From the IMG/VR virus record IMGVR_UViG_3300027898_000001: 64,000 nucleotides of DNA; one strand, given 5' to 3'. Of this stretch, positions 25,604 to 35,247 are shown piece by piece. This DNA comes from a virus. Taxonomy: Duplodnaviria > Caudoviricetes. The notes beneath the pieces are model-generated. The model saw nothing but the letters and a program-made list of their open reading frames with translations. It had not been told where the DNA came from and made no database searches. Both the position numbers and the translations under genes were made by a program. The first letter of the stretch is position 1. Every line of letters starts with the position of its first letter.

Positions 25604-26059
25604 TTATTCCCCACCTCCGCCAGAATCGCCAGAATCACCACTATCCGTACTACCACCACTTGTATCAACTTCTGTAGAAGTGCCTGAGGCGGTATCGACA
25701 TTTTCAAAATCCAACTCTAGTTGTTCTGTCATCTGACCTGTTTCAAAGTCTATCTCGGATACAGTTTCAGAGTGTTCTTGTTCTTCAACATCTGCTGGTA
25801 CTTTACCACTAGATACGGGTGTTGGTGAAATATTGTTGTACGAGGTAATACGAGAAGTGTTGGTATAGTACGCAACAGGTGCACTCGTTGCGCTATCATA
25901 TCGAGTTGACTCATAAAACATGTAGTAGTACATGTAACTACCATCATCTAAAACTTTCTTAGATTCTACAACATGCGCCTTGTGGTGATGTTGGTGATGC
26001 TGTTCACTACAACCTACAAGCAGCAAAGATAGCAACAAATATTTAATCATGCGAATCAT
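25604..26059 (-). CDS. Lipoprotein with His-rich N-terminus and acidic/Gly-Ser C-terminus
   Basis: LLLSLLLVGC lipobox. Start moved to ATG 26059 (RBS AAGGA). Confidence 0.7.
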   Translation of the reverse strand: MIRMIKYLLLSLLLVGCSEQHHQHHHKAHVVESKKVLDDGSYMYYYMFYESTRYDSATSAPVAYYTNTSRITSYNNISPTPVSSGKVPADVEEQEHSETVSEIDFETGQMTEQLELDFENVDTASGTSTEVDTSGGSTDSGDSGDSGGGGE

Positions 26060-26573
26060 GTTTAGTTTCCTTGTGTAAATCATGTTCAATGCGTTCACCC
26101 AACAAGTGCAAATATTCAATCACACTTAGTGCAATTGCACCTATTAGGAATACAATGAATATGGTTAAATGTTTTGTACTGATTGCAGGCTCAAGGGAGT
26201 CTGTAACGTAATCCCTTAACAAACCCATACCACTAACGATAATGATTGAAGTCATAATCTTTATCTTCAACATACCACTACTGATACGTTCATTAGCATG
26301 TCCGTGATCTTTGCATATAAACGAATTATACGAACCAGTAATAATCATCTTGATAAGATTAGCGATCATCACGGTATCCGCAAAATCCAATGCTACAATT
26401 TTCATCTGCTCTACAGTGCTTGGTACATTTAGAACCATGCGCCACACTTCGAGCAAGAATACATAACCAGTTTGACCCAACACTACAACTAATGCAAGAT
26501 AAAATAACGGCAGTACCCATTTAATGTTAAAAATAACGTCTTCGACTAACTTCTTTACATGTGGTTTATTCAT
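26043..26573 (-). CDS. YqhA/UPF0114-like membrane protein
   Basis: KWVLPLFYLAL...D.VMIANL..MI..GSY..FI...ISSG.LK.K...SII..S pattern, multiple TM helices. Confidence 0.7.
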   Translation of the reverse strand: MNKPHVKKLVEDVIFNIKWVLPLFYLALVVVLGQTGYVFLLEVWRMVLNVPSTVEQMKIVALDFADTVMIANLIKMIITGSYNSFICKDHGHANERISSGMLKIKIMTSIIIVSGMGLLRDYVTDSLEPAISTKHLTIFIVFLIGAIALSVIEYLHLLGERIEHDLHKETKHDSHD

Positions 26574-26576
26574 AGT

Positions 26577-26828
26577 CTACCCTAACAGTTCTTCAGATGG
26601 GAATTCAATTCTTTCTTGTAATTGCTTAGCAGGAATGTGTGTACCTGTAATAACTTTTGTACGCGCAATTTTACCATCAACAACACCAAAAATATGTTTC
26701 TCGACTTTGTCAGGTACTTGCATACCATTACCGTACCTTGTCATAGAAGGGTAACGATACACTACTTCCAATTCACCCTTATCGTTTGGAAATACACTAA
26801 CTACTCTTGCATTGTTTGTATCAAACAT
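26577..26828 (-). CDS. Hypothetical protein
   Basis: Coupled ORF. Confidence 0.6.
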   Translation of the reverse strand: MFDTNNARVVSVFPNDKGELEVVYRYPSMTRYGNGMQVPDKVEKHIFGVVDGKIARTKVITGTHIPAKQLQERIEFPSEELLG

Positions 26829-27555
26829 GATTTGTATATCCTAAACTGTAGCGAGATTCACAATGTTTACAATCAAACATTAAGTAAGCCGCTTTATTGT
26901 TTGCAAGATTTACCACATCAATCGGTAAAGTATCTTCCGAATTCAACTTAGTACCTGTGCCACATTTAGCACAAATTAATTCCCAAGTATATCGAATAGA
27001 AGAAGTGGGAGTTCTATACATGGAACCTATCTGTTTTCTTTGCAGATTAACAAGATTGGCTAATATTGCTTCGGCATGGTACATACTATCTACAGGCTTG
27101 GGTTCAGCTTTCATAAGATTCTTATCATCATACGTTGTACCATCGTATGATTTCATAAAATATTTATCAGTTGATTCGTTATGTGTAACGATAGCTAGTA
27201 AAAGGTCTCTCAATATTGTTCTGTATTCATAAGCTCCTGTAGTAGTTTTCATTCTGTAGTATCTAAATTCATCCTTATCAAATACTTTGTAAGGACGGTC
27301 AAGCTCTACGAATGTAGACTCACTTACATATATAGGTAGCATCGTCACCATATACATGGATTTGGTTTGACAAGCCGTGCATTTGTAATGCAAACAACCG
27401 TCAGCATCTTCACCCAAATACTTACCAACGTTGTCTGTGAAGTACCACTTATTACAAGAATGGCATTTTGTATCCCAGCCTTGTTTCTTTAACGTATCTT
27501 CATGTTGCTGCTTCCATTTATAGTCAGCATACCACAGTTTGATTTTATTTAACAT
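26821..27555 (-). CDS. Zn-ribbon protein with four CxxC pairs
   Basis: CHSC, CTAC, CAKC and CKHC. Confidence 0.65.
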   Translation of the reverse strand: MLNKIKLWYADYKWKQQHEDTLKKQGWDTKCHSCNKWYFTDNVGKYLGEDADGCLHYKCTACQTKSMYMVTMLPIYVSESTFVELDRPYKVFDKDEFRYYRMKTTTGAYEYRTILRDLLLAIVTHNESTDKYFMKSYDGTTYDDKNLMKAEPKPVDSMYHAEAILANLVNLQRKQIGSMYRTPTSSIRYTWELICAKCGTGTKLNSEDTLPIDVVNLANNKAAYLMFDCKHCESRYSLGYTNHV

Positions 27556-27577
27556 ATATCACCTTACTTAAAATTCA

Positions 27578-27605
27578 ATTACATAATAGGAAGTTTTACT
27601 GTCAA
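27578..27605 (-). promoter_or_regulatory. Sigma70-like early promoter
   Basis: Minus strand TTGACA (27605-27600), 16-nt spacer, TGTAAT (27583-27578), upstream of 27555. Confidence 0.55.
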
Positions 27606-27716
27606 TGGAATTATTAGATTATTGGTTTTTAATTGCTATCGGTAGGATATTTTGTAGCTGTTGGAAGTATAAGCAGGATAGTTCTAGGTTTTTCAAAGCG
27701 TGTTTTTGTTTAACAC

Positions 27717-27757
27717 ATATTTTGGCTATCTTACACTAAGAATATAGCCAAAAATAT
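27717..27757. terminator. AT-rich stem-loop (terminator or operator)
   Basis: TTTTGGCTAT/ATAGCCAAAA perfect 10 bp, plus inner CTTA-CAC-TAAG. Confidence 0.55.
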
Positions 27758-27765
27758 TTATTCTC

Positions 27766-28086
27766 CTATACGGTAGCTGTAGGTATATTGTGTTTTGTGA
27801 ACATCTCCATCGATGTTGAGTATATATCCTCTATAGTCCTAACACCGTACATGTGAAAGTGTTTCAATCTGGTTAAACGATTATTGTTTAGCAGATAGGC
27901 TTCAACGTACCGTCTAATCTGTTCAGATGTTGTATGGAAGTTTGTAGCACCTTTTATAGTACCATTAGATGTCAGCTTAACATGCAATTCAGTTGTGTTA
28001 CCACTGTTATACGCCCACATGTGCAGTTCTTCTTTTGTAGGACAACCTAATATTTCAATTGTTTTGACAGTAGTTCGTATCAGCAT
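27766..28086 (-). CDS. Hypothetical protein
   Basis: Coupled ORF. Confidence 0.55.
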   Translation of the reverse strand: MLIRTTVKTIEILGCPTKEELHMWAYNSGNTTELHVKLTSNGTIKGATNFHTTSEQIRRYVEAYLLNNNRLTRLKHFHMYGVRTIEDIYSTSMEMFTKHNIPTATV

Positions 28087-28571
28087 TCTTGCACACTCTC
28101 TGTCTCAACTGCTCGAAAGAATTTTGCTTCCAACAGTTCACCTTCTATTTGTAGGAACATATTACCATATATGTCGCGGAATACAAACTCAGTCTTGTAG
28201 ATTTTACCTCTATACTGTGGATAGGGGCCGGTGTATCGTAACTCTTTATTCCACAATTCAGTGTAAGCATAATTATCATGTAACTTAAGTACACTTAAGT
28301 TTGGCTTCACACCTCTTGCCAATTTACCGAACGCATGATGTAAGGTATGTGCATTAATTAAATCAGAAGACTGATAAGTTGAAAGGATTTCATCCTGTAA
28401 TTCTACTATTTGATTTGATATGTTATCGTTCTTTCTATCCATGTGCATAGTGTGGATGGATTCTATGATGCGAATAATACCATTAACACAAATAATTACA
28501 AGTGTTGCCATTGCAAGCACAAATAACAAATTTAGTTTTAATTCCAAACTCACCATATCTAAATGGGTCAT
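28080..28571 (-). CDS. Membrane-anchored hypothetical protein
   Basis: N-terminal TM helix. Confidence 0.6.
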   Translation of the reverse strand: MTHLDMVSLELKLNLLFVLAMATLVIICVNGIIRIIESIHTMHMDRKNDNISNQIVELQDEILSTYQSSDLINAHTLHHAFGKLARGVKPNLSVLKLHDNYAYTELWNKELRYTGPYPQYRGKIYKTEFVFRDIYGNMFLQIEGELLEAKFFRAVETESVQEC

Positions 28572-29038
28572 TATGCTATTCTCCGAAGTTTAACAGTAGG
28601 CACTAAAGCGCCAGTACGTTCTAATAGAGCAAAATATTTACCGTGTTTATCCCTAAGAATAGTTTTCACAACAACGATCTGTTTCCATTCATACTTCTTA
28701 CCATCAGGGCCTGTCCAATCATTAACAAACTCGCAAGGTCCCGATAACGTATTATATCCAGCATTAGAATCGCTTAAACGTGACAACATGTTATGTATGT
28801 TATAGTGGTTGTCGTCATGTTCATTCGATACTAATAATCTCAAAATAATATTTAACACATTGACATTTACGGTATCATTTTCCTTGGTACTAGAGTTAAT
28901 TTCACTGCGTACAACTTTAATTCTATCCAGCAAAGTATTGTGTTTTTCAAGAAGGTTATTGTAGTTCTTGTTATAGAAAATAGCTGCAATAATCACAGCT
29001 GCCAATAATAAGATTACGAAAATTCCCCACAACATCAT
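28571..29038 (-). CDS. Membrane-anchored hypothetical protein
   Basis: N-terminal TM helix and coiled coil. Confidence 0.6.
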   Translation of the reverse strand: MMLWGIFVILLLAAVIIAAIFYNKNYNNLLEKHNTLLDRIKVVRSEINSSTKENDTVNVNVLNIILRLLVSNEHDDNHYNIHNMLSRLSDSNAGYNTLSGPCEFVNDWTGPDGKKYEWKQIVVVKTILRDKHGKYFALLERTGALVPTVKLRRIA

Positions 29039-29331
29039 ACATTCTCCAAATATTCTAATGGTACGGCTATAGTTACGTACCGATACAGTTTATCTTGACA
29101 CGCTACTCTGTGTACAATTAAACCGAAGTACCTGTTATTCAAATCTGTTACAATGTGAGGCAGCTGCACAACCTCACCGGCATTAAGCACACTGAAATCT
29201 ATACGCACTCTAACCGGACCTAGTCGTACGGGTCCACGTTTTACTTTTAACCAGATGAGGAGATTCACCATACTAGATAGTGAAAGTAGTATGAATATGA
29301 AAGTCCATAAAAAGTTTGAGAACATACTCAT
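29035..29331 (-). CDS. Membrane-anchored hypothetical protein
   Basis: N-terminal TM helix. Confidence 0.55.
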   Translation of the reverse strand: MSMFSNFLWTFIFILLSLSSMVNLLIWLKVKRGPVRLGPVRVRIDFSVLNAGEVVQLPHIVTDLNNRYFGLIVHRVACQDKLYRYVTIAVPLEYLENV

Positions 29332-29765
29332 TCCTCTTTCAAACTTGTGCCATGGTACATTGGAACGGGACCATGCACATAGAATCGTGAGTGTGTTTCA
29401 TACGACCAAATTTCTTGACCGAAATATTTCCAACTACCTTTTAACTTGCATTGCTCGATAGTTTGTTCTCCAGTTTGCTTTGAAATAAGATAATAAAATT
29501 TACCTACTTCAAATTCATCCGCTTTTAATACCTGAGGCACATAAAAATGTTTACACAGATCATTTAGTGCTTTTTCTTTTTCGTCATCTAACACTAAATG
29601 TATAATACCATTTGGATATACAATAGAGTGTATACATCGGTCTTGATTAGATTCTACGCCTCGACTGTCTTTACTGCGCGTAATGAACGGACCTTTACGA
29701 GTTAGTGGATTAGAATAGTAAAATCCGTCAGGTCTACTATTTTCTAATGTTGGATCGTTTATCAT
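29328..29765 (-). CDS. Hypothetical protein
   Basis: Coupled ORF. Confidence 0.6.
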   Translation of the reverse strand: MINDPTLENSRPDGFYYSNPLTRKGPFITRSKDSRGVESNQDRCIHSIVYPNGIIHLVLDDEKEKALNDLCKHFYVPQVLKADEFEVGKFYYLISKQTGEQTIEQCKLKGSWKYFGQEIWSYETHSRFYVHGPVPMYHGTSLKEE

Positions 29766-29785
29766 AGTATTTCTCTCATATACAC

Positions 29786-30052
29786 TTATTTACAGTTTTC
29801 GCAATAAACTACTTTTGCAATTATAGGTCGATTTACATGCAAATAAAGCTCAGAAGCAGGTAATCTATTATTTGGAAGCGTAAAAGGTGGTCTACCTAAA
29901 TCACCATACCAAGTACATATAGCAGCATAAGTAGGATTACGATAAAACCATTTATTGCACTGAATGCAGCGCCACTTTTTGTGTACACGAAAGCTGGCTA
30001 ATAAATTTTCTTCCATCGAATTTATTCCTAGAAAATAACTTGTGTAATTCAC
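29786..30052 (-). CDS. Possible small Zn-finger protein (start uncertain)
   Basis: CIQC and CENC pairs. Overlaps the 3' end of the AAA gene. Confidence 0.35.
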   Translation of the reverse strand: MNYTSYFLGINSMEENLLASFRVHKKWRCIQCNKWFYRNPTYAAICTWYGDLGRPPFTLPNNRLPASELYLHVNRPIIAKVVYCENCK

Positions 30053-31304
30053 AGCCCATTATAGGACAGAATTCTAAATTCGCGTATACGGAATAGTCTA
30101 TCTCTGGGTACATAACTGCTATATAGCGTTTTATTAGTGGTGGGGTCAGTGCAGTTATTTCTAACTTCAAATCAACTCGACCACTTCTTAATACAGCAGC
30201 ATCAACTTGTTCTAAGTGATTGGTAGTCATAAACGTAATAACACCATCTATAGGGATAATACCATCGAACGCATTTAGAACACCACTTATAGTTAGCGGT
30301 TGAAACATAGGAATTTCAGAACCTTCTTCCTTAGGTTTCTCTACGATGTACATACCATCATCATTTGTATCTTGTTTCTCTTGTCGGGATTGTACAGCAG
30401 AAGTACCTTCAAAATCCTCTATCAGTAGAAAAGAATTTTTAGGTATAGATGATATGGCTTTTGCCAGAGAAATATCACTCAATGTAGATAGATTGAGAGA
30501 GTAAATGTTTCTATTGTAATGACTCGCAAGCGCGCGAATCAATGATGTTTTACCACCTCCAGGTGAACCATAAAGTACGATTGTGGATTTAGGTGCGAAG
30601 CCTCGATCAATGTACCACTTTCTGTTGTTGGTTACAAACTCAATCTCACTCTTAATACTGTTTAAAACACTATCATCCATTATAACCGTTTCTAAACTTC
30701 GTGGAAATACTGATGATGTTAATTCCCAACTACTATTAATGTAATTAAAAACATGATTAGCTTTAGTATCGAATTTCAATGCAAACTTATCACCCAGCTT
30801 AATGATAGTTTTATTTGTAAGTCCAAATGTGTAGATTATTATTTCTTCCTTTAGTTTCTCAGCACCAGAAGATTCCAACCGTTTTAATACGAACCAATAC
30901 AGCTTACCTTTGTCGAAGAATATGTGTGTACCTAAACCTGGTCCAGTTACTGTATCTAAAAATGATTCCTCTAGACCTGCTCTGCCTTCACGTACTAGAT
31001 TCAAGTCGTTGCGCTTGCTAAAATACCCTGAGTGCATTGCAACTGATTTAGAAAACTTAAACCATTTTGTGCTGCTGAACCACATTAGAAAATCTCTGTA
31101 CTGCATTTCTTGCCAATAATGGCCAGTTGCATTTGAAATAGATACAGATACAACTAGATTACGCACAATGAGCCCATAGAATATTTTAGGCAACCATCGA
31201 AGTAAAAGTGTACTTACGGTTATTGCCCAGACTGAAATAATACCACCAATTACTGGATTTGTTTTTAACAGTTCTGAGTACCAATGTCCAATCTCAATCA
31301 ACAT
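29952..31304 (-). CDS. BCS1-like membrane-anchored AAA+ ATPase
   Basis: N-terminal TM, GPGLGTH (BCS1_N-like), WYIDRG, Walker A GSPGGGKT, Walker B LLIED, SGVLNAFDG, FMTTNH and LRSGRVD. Confidence 0.88.
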   Translation of the reverse strand: MLIEIGHWYSELLKTNPVIGGIISVWAITVSTLLLRWLPKIFYGLIVRNLVVSVSISNATGHYWQEMQYRDFLMWFSSTKWFKFSKSVAMHSGYFSKRNDLNLVREGRAGLEESFLDTVTGPGLGTHIFFDKGKLYWFVLKRLESSGAEKLKEEIIIYTFGLTNKTIIKLGDKFALKFDTKANHVFNYINSSWELTSSVFPRSLETVIMDDSVLNSIKSEIEFVTNNRKWYIDRGFAPKSTIVLYGSPGGGKTSLIRALASHYNRNIYSLNLSTLSDISLAKAISSIPKNSFLLIEDFEGTSAVQSRQEKQDTNDDGMYIVEKPKEEGSEIPMFQPLTISGVLNAFDGIIPIDGVITFMTTNHLEQVDAAVLRSGRVDLKLEITALTPPLIKRYIAVMYPEIDYSVYANLEFCPIMGCELHKLFSRNKFDGRKFISQLSCTQKVALHSVQ

Positions 31305-31958
31305 TTATACTGCTCCATTTTCTAGTGATAATACAGCGACTTTTTCAGGTACTGCTTTACAAATAACTTTACGAGTGATTTTAGCTGTTTGGTTTGGTTC
31401 GTCTAATACTACATCTATAGTCGATTCGTAAACACCAACATTAGCGCCCAACAGTACGGCTAGATGTTTTTGAAACTTGTGGCTAGGGTGTTCAAATGCG
31501 TCTGTGCGTACTTCTATATTTCTACCATTTATGGTAAGATTACCTAGAATACCATTACACACATATTCATATTTTGTTATAGGATCGAACGCCCTTGTCA
31601 GGGCATCATTTGTAAGGAAGTCTGACCACACAGAAGCATTTAGAAATAATGTTGATGGTAATTCTACAGCGTCACACATTTTAATAATGGTGCTGTAGTC
31701 AAATACTTTTGTAGTGAATTTATGCGCAGCTACTTCGAAGGATTCTGACATAACACGATTTTCTAATGGGGCACCCACACGGTAAGATAGATCAATATAG
31801 GCGTCTTCTACCTCGTTAGTCGTGTATTTAACGTCCAGAATAAATGGTTCTGATCTGGAATCAATTGGCGTTTCACTTTTGGTGAATACGTGGCGCATGT
31901 GACTACTTTTTAATTCTTCTGAAACTTGAATGATGTGATTAGATTGTATATTTAACAT
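31305..31958 (-). CDS. Degenerate major-capsid-like (HK97-fold fragment) protein
   Basis: LFLN..VWSDFL...FDPITKYE...GILG.L...I..RTDAF.HP resembles capsid A-domain text. Paralog of 36198. Start moved to ATG 31958 (TAATG coupling). Confidence 0.5.
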   Translation of the reverse strand: MLNIQSNHIIQVSEELKSSHMRHVFTKSETPIDSRSEPFILDVKYTTNEVEDAYIDLSYRVGAPLENRVMSESFEVAAHKFTTKVFDYSTIIKMCDAVELPSTLFLNASVWSDFLTNDALTRAFDPITKYEYVCNGILGNLTINGRNIEVRTDAFEHPSHKFQKHLAVLLGANVGVYESTIDVVLDEPNQTAKITRKVICKAVPEKVAVLSLENGAV

Positions 31959-32341
31959 TATGCTTTTCCTATTTTGATTGATATAACTATTACAACTAAC
32001 GTGGCTATGAACCATACTATTGGATGAGAATGTACGTCATCAGTCTCCTCGTGAAGTTCAGCTTCTGGTAACATATTATCTGGACAGCGTTCTGGGTCTT
32101 GCACTTTATCACAAGACACCTCGGTAGGTGCTACGGTTCTAGGATGAATGGAAGTGTATACTGGTGATGGTGATTTGCCTTGAGATTCCTCTTCGGACAT
32201 GCCAGGACGGGTTACTGCGTCCTCTGTCGTTACGTGTGATACTGTGTGTGATTCTACATGTGTTGTAGTAGTGGTATGAGAAGACACATGTGCATAAGGA
32301 TGTGCAGCCATTGCAGCAACCATAGTTAGTGCTAGAAACAT
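31958..32341 (-). CDS. Exported His/Thr-rich protein with a C-terminal membrane anchor
   Basis: Signal-like N-terminus and C-terminal TM helix. Confidence 0.6.
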   Translation of the reverse strand: MFLALTMVAAMAAHPYAHVSSHTTTTTHVESHTVSHVTTEDAVTRPGMSEEESQGKSPSPVYTSIHPRTVAPTEVSCDKVQDPERCPDNMLPEAELHEETDDVHSHPIVWFIATLVVIVISIKIGKA

Positions 32342-32343
32342 TA

Positions 32344-32979
32344 CTACTCCTTAGCATTTATAGGTAAATAGTGTTTGAAACAATGATTTAAACAGTGGCC
32401 TGTTGCAGTAGCAAACCAATAAGATGTACTTTCAGTGTATCGCCATACACATTCTATCCAACCAGTACCTAATGTTTCATCTTCTATATAAAGAAGAATA
32501 GGCTTGCCGTCGAACGGTTCTTTTGTACAATCAATTTCTTCTGGCATTGGAATAACATCAATACCGCGTCGCACTTCTATAGCATCCGAGTGTAACCAAT
32601 CGTAAAACTTCTGAGAAGTATCCACAGCTTTAGGAATGTCAACGGCATCTTCATAATCTACTTTACTTGCGGCAACCACAGCAGTTGCTAGAATACTATG
32701 TCGTACTTTAGGGTACATCAGAATAGCACACGAGGATATACTAGACCCCATGTAACAGCAAGGGACGGCCTCCCAAGATGATGGTAATTCTCCGGGCAGC
32801 TGACCTGCAATTATATTCTTCATATCTTTGCGTTGTTTAGTAAAAGTTATGCCACACTCTTTACATCTACCCGACCACTCTTGCTCAGCATCGACCTTGG
32901 GAACTCCTGCTGCTATGTCATGATCTATTTCTAATCTTGCCATATTTTCACACCACTCTTTATCGAAGTCATGTTTCAT
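32344..32979 (-). CDS. Multi-domain hypothetical protein
   Basis: Start moved to ATG 32979 to avoid overlapping the FmdB-like gene. Contains CKEC. Confidence 0.55.
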   Translation of the reverse strand: MKHDFDKEWCENMARLEIDHDIAAGVPKVDAEQEWSGRCKECGITFTKQRKDMKNIIAGQLPGELPSSWEAVPCCYMGSSISSCAILMYPKVRHSILATAVVAASKVDYEDAVDIPKAVDTSQKFYDWLHSDAIEVRRGIDVIPMPEEIDCTKEPFDGKPILLYIEDETLGTGWIECVWRYTESTSYWFATATGHCLNHCFKHYLPINAKE

Positions 32980-32980
32980 G

Positions 32981-33172
32981 TTAATACTTTCCAGTTGTAG
33001 TAAACCAATTACCCACATAAGATACAGAAGGAGCTGCGGTGTGATACACTTCATAACGAGTTCCACATACTTCACAACTAGGTCTATCTTCTTTTATACT
33101 ATGCTGTAATTCTTTTACAACATTATGTTGTTCGCAATCTTTGTTTGGACAAACATAATCATACGTCGGCAT
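32981..33172 (-). CDS. FmdB-family zinc-ribbon protein
   Basis: MPTYDYVC...C...CEVCG...F..GNWF.T.  Start moved to ATG 33172. Confidence 0.8.
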   Translation of the reverse strand: MPTYDYVCPNKDCEQHNVVKELQHSIKEDRPSCEVCGTRYEVYHTAAPSVSYVGNWFTTTGKY

Positions 33173-33524
33173 GGTTTTCACTCCAAATAGCCACATTCTT
33201 ACTAACCAGTTCAACACAAATCATTTCTATTTTTACACAAGACCCATTTATTTGTAATAACTTGTGAGAGAAATCGCTTACTGGGTATTCTATAAAACGT
33301 GTAGGTCTAAAATAGCCATACACAACGTCATTTTTAATGATGACATTGCTTATAATTCCTATAGTACCTATAGGTAAATGTTCATTTACAGCAATAACTC
33401 GGTATGCTGCCGGCACATGGTGTTTTACCACGCGCACTTTATTTTGTTTTGGCTTTATCTTTACTAGAAGTAGAAGTGTTAGGAAGAAAGCTATAATAAT
33501 TATTTTTACGTAACAGCAGTACAT
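33159..33524 (-). CDS. Membrane-anchored hypothetical protein
   Basis: N-terminal TM helix. Confidence 0.5.
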   Translation of the reverse strand: MYCCYVKIIIIAFFLTLLLLVKIKPKQNKVRVVKHHVPAAYRVIAVNEHLPIGTIGIISNVIIKNDVVYGYFRPTRFIEYPVSDFSHKLLQINGSCVKIEMICVELVSKNVAIWSENHADV

Positions 33525-33541
33525 GATTATCTCATAATAGT

Positions 33542-33832
33542 TTAGTTTGAACTACAGGTATTATCTTTTTTAATATCAACATGTTTAATAAACATTAATC
33601 GGATTGTATTTTTATGATTCTCTTGCAACTGGGCTAATACGCAATCAGCTTCTTCCAATTCAACGTGGATATATTTTTGCATTGTAGCTAAGGCATCACG
33701 CGCATTTGCTATAGATTCTTTATACTCGCTAATTATATTTTGACGTTCTGATGCACGTATTGCTTTGGTATATAATACTAGGAATACACATAATGCAACA
33801 AAACCTATTAATGTCTCTACCATGATAATCAC
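33542..33832 (-). CDS. Membrane-anchored coiled-coil protein
   Basis: N-terminal TM helix. Confidence 0.55.
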   Translation of the reverse strand: MIIMVETLIGFVALCVFLVLYTKAIRASERQNIISEYKESIANARDALATMQKYIHVELEEADCVLAQLQENHKNTIRLMFIKHVDIKKDNTCSSN

Positions 33833-33833
33833 C

Positions 33834-34439
33834 CTATTTTATTAAAGTTTGAATGGATTTCTTAACATCGTTGCTATACCACGTGCCACCGTTTTGCATA
33901 ACTGTTTCACGTATTGTTTCTTGTATATGGTACAGTTCATTCGACAATCTAGTTATTTCTTTCCACTTTGCGTATTCACCAGGTTCTAGTTCTAGTTCTA
34001 GTTCTAGCACAGACTCTGCGGCAGCATCAAGTATCTGTGCTTCTACTTTACAGGCCTCATGTAGACCGTGACTTTTAGGCTTCCAAGTGTTACAGGCTTT
34101 ATAAAACAACATTGAAGCTGCGGAACGAATTCCTGTTAGAAATTCACTAGAAGGTACATTGTTTTTAAATACGTTCGGTAGTATTGCATATTGTGTAACT
34201 GCGTTATACTGCAACTCTCTACCATCGCACAATACCCATTTAGCACCTGCACACACAATACCATCATACACAGCATCTACGTTGTCGGAATTAGATTCCC
34301 AACTACCTTGAACCCAACCGAGCTCCGTATTTAGCAAATAAGAAGTACCATCGAACGGTGCACCTTTTATATGTGTGATTTTCCCATCGACTTGTCCAAA
34401 CGTAATGTCGATGCAGAGATTAGGATTCAGATTTTCCAT
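33834..34439 (-). CDS. Hypothetical protein
   Basis: Coupled ORF. Confidence 0.6.
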   Translation of the reverse strand: MENLNPNLCIDITFGQVDGKITHIKGAPFDGTSYLLNTELGWVQGSWESNSDNVDAVYDGIVCAGAKWVLCDGRELQYNAVTQYAILPNVFKNNVPSSEFLTGIRSAASMLFYKACNTWKPKSHGLHEACKVEAQILDAAAESVLELELELEPGEYAKWKEITRLSNELYHIQETIRETVMQNGGTWYSNDVKKSIQTLIK

Positions 34440-34641
34440 TTTCAGCTACCGTTTCGCCCCAATTGATGGGAGTGTATTTAGGTTTGTCTCTACCATACAA
34501 ATGTGTAAGATCAGCTTTACAGCCTAAACATATTCCACCAGTATCTGCTTCTTGTCCGCATGTAGGACACACTACGCAATCCATACAACCTGCACCAGAA
34601 CATGTGGCACACGGTGTTTTCACAGATATACTAATCTCCAT
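34420..34641 (-). CDS. Small Cys-rich zinc-finger protein (DnaJ-like CxxCxGxG)
   Basis: CATCSGAGC, CPTCG and CLGC. Confidence 0.65.
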   Translation of the reverse strand: MEISISVKTPCATCSGAGCMDCVVCPTCGQEADTGGICLGCKADLTHLYGRDKPKYTPINWGETVAENGKSES

Positions 34642-34648
34642 ACATACC

Positions 34649-34876
34649 TCACTTAATTCTAGTTATCTTGCTGAAATCTGTTTTAATAGATTTACCGATT
34701 TCTAATGTTAATACGTGGTCTGTCCAAAACCAGCGACCATCCATAGTAGAACCCTTTAGGGTATTCTTACTTGTTAACCAATCTGGTGCGGTGTGCTCTG
34801 TAAATGTTGTTAATTCTCTACTTAGAGAACCTAGCATGGAGAAACACTTAACTTCTTGCTCTACTGCTGTGTCCAT
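34649..34876 (-). CDS. Hypothetical protein
   Basis: Coupled ORF. Confidence 0.6.
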   Translation of the reverse strand: MDTAVEQEVKCFSMLGSLSRELTTFTEHTAPDWLTSKNTLKGSTMDGRWFWTDHVLTLEIGKSIKTDFSKITRIK

Positions 34877-35247
34877 TATACTGCACCTATAATGTATGGA
34901 AAATCGTCAACATGTTGGATGCAGTGTGTCATACCACGTCGTGACGGTATTGTTAAAGAACCTGTATTAGATGAGAGAAACTTATCCAAAGCGGACAATT
35001 GGTTTGTCTTTAATATGTGCAGTGTAGACTTATCAAAAGATTCTTTTAATGCTGCAGCCAATTCATTACCTGACTTCGCTTCTCCCATTACTGCTTCAAC
35101 AAAAGCGTTGTCGCAGGACTTTTCAATATCGTTTCTAGTATCAAGTAGTAGACGATTAAATTCTACCTGCGCTTTTAAATCACCATTGATACCTGCTATA
35201 GCTACGGCTAGATGTTTTTTACTTACCATGTTTATCTCCATGCACAA
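34876..35247 (-). CDS. Hypothetical protein
   Basis: Coupled ORF. The start may be ATG 35229. Confidence 0.55.
   Translation of the reverse strand: MCMEINMVSKKHLAVAIAGINGDLKAQVEFNRLLLDTRNDIEKSCDNAFVEAVMGEAKSGNELAAALKESFDKSTLHILKTNQLSALDKFLSSNTGSLTIPSRRGMTHCIQHVDDFPYIIGAV

Noticed and set aside
33983-34008. Short tandem hexamer repeat (TTCTAG) and similar repeats at 25620-25640
   Set aside because: They encode LELELELE and GDSGDSG inside ORFs. They are not a CRISPR array or VNTR, and no spacer-repeat periodicity was seen anywhere in the window.
34420-34641. MEISISV N-terminus as a fourth copy of the MEIxxSLSxN signal
   Set aside because: It lacks LSxN and lies in the accessory block on a zinc-finger protein. 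Probably coincidental.
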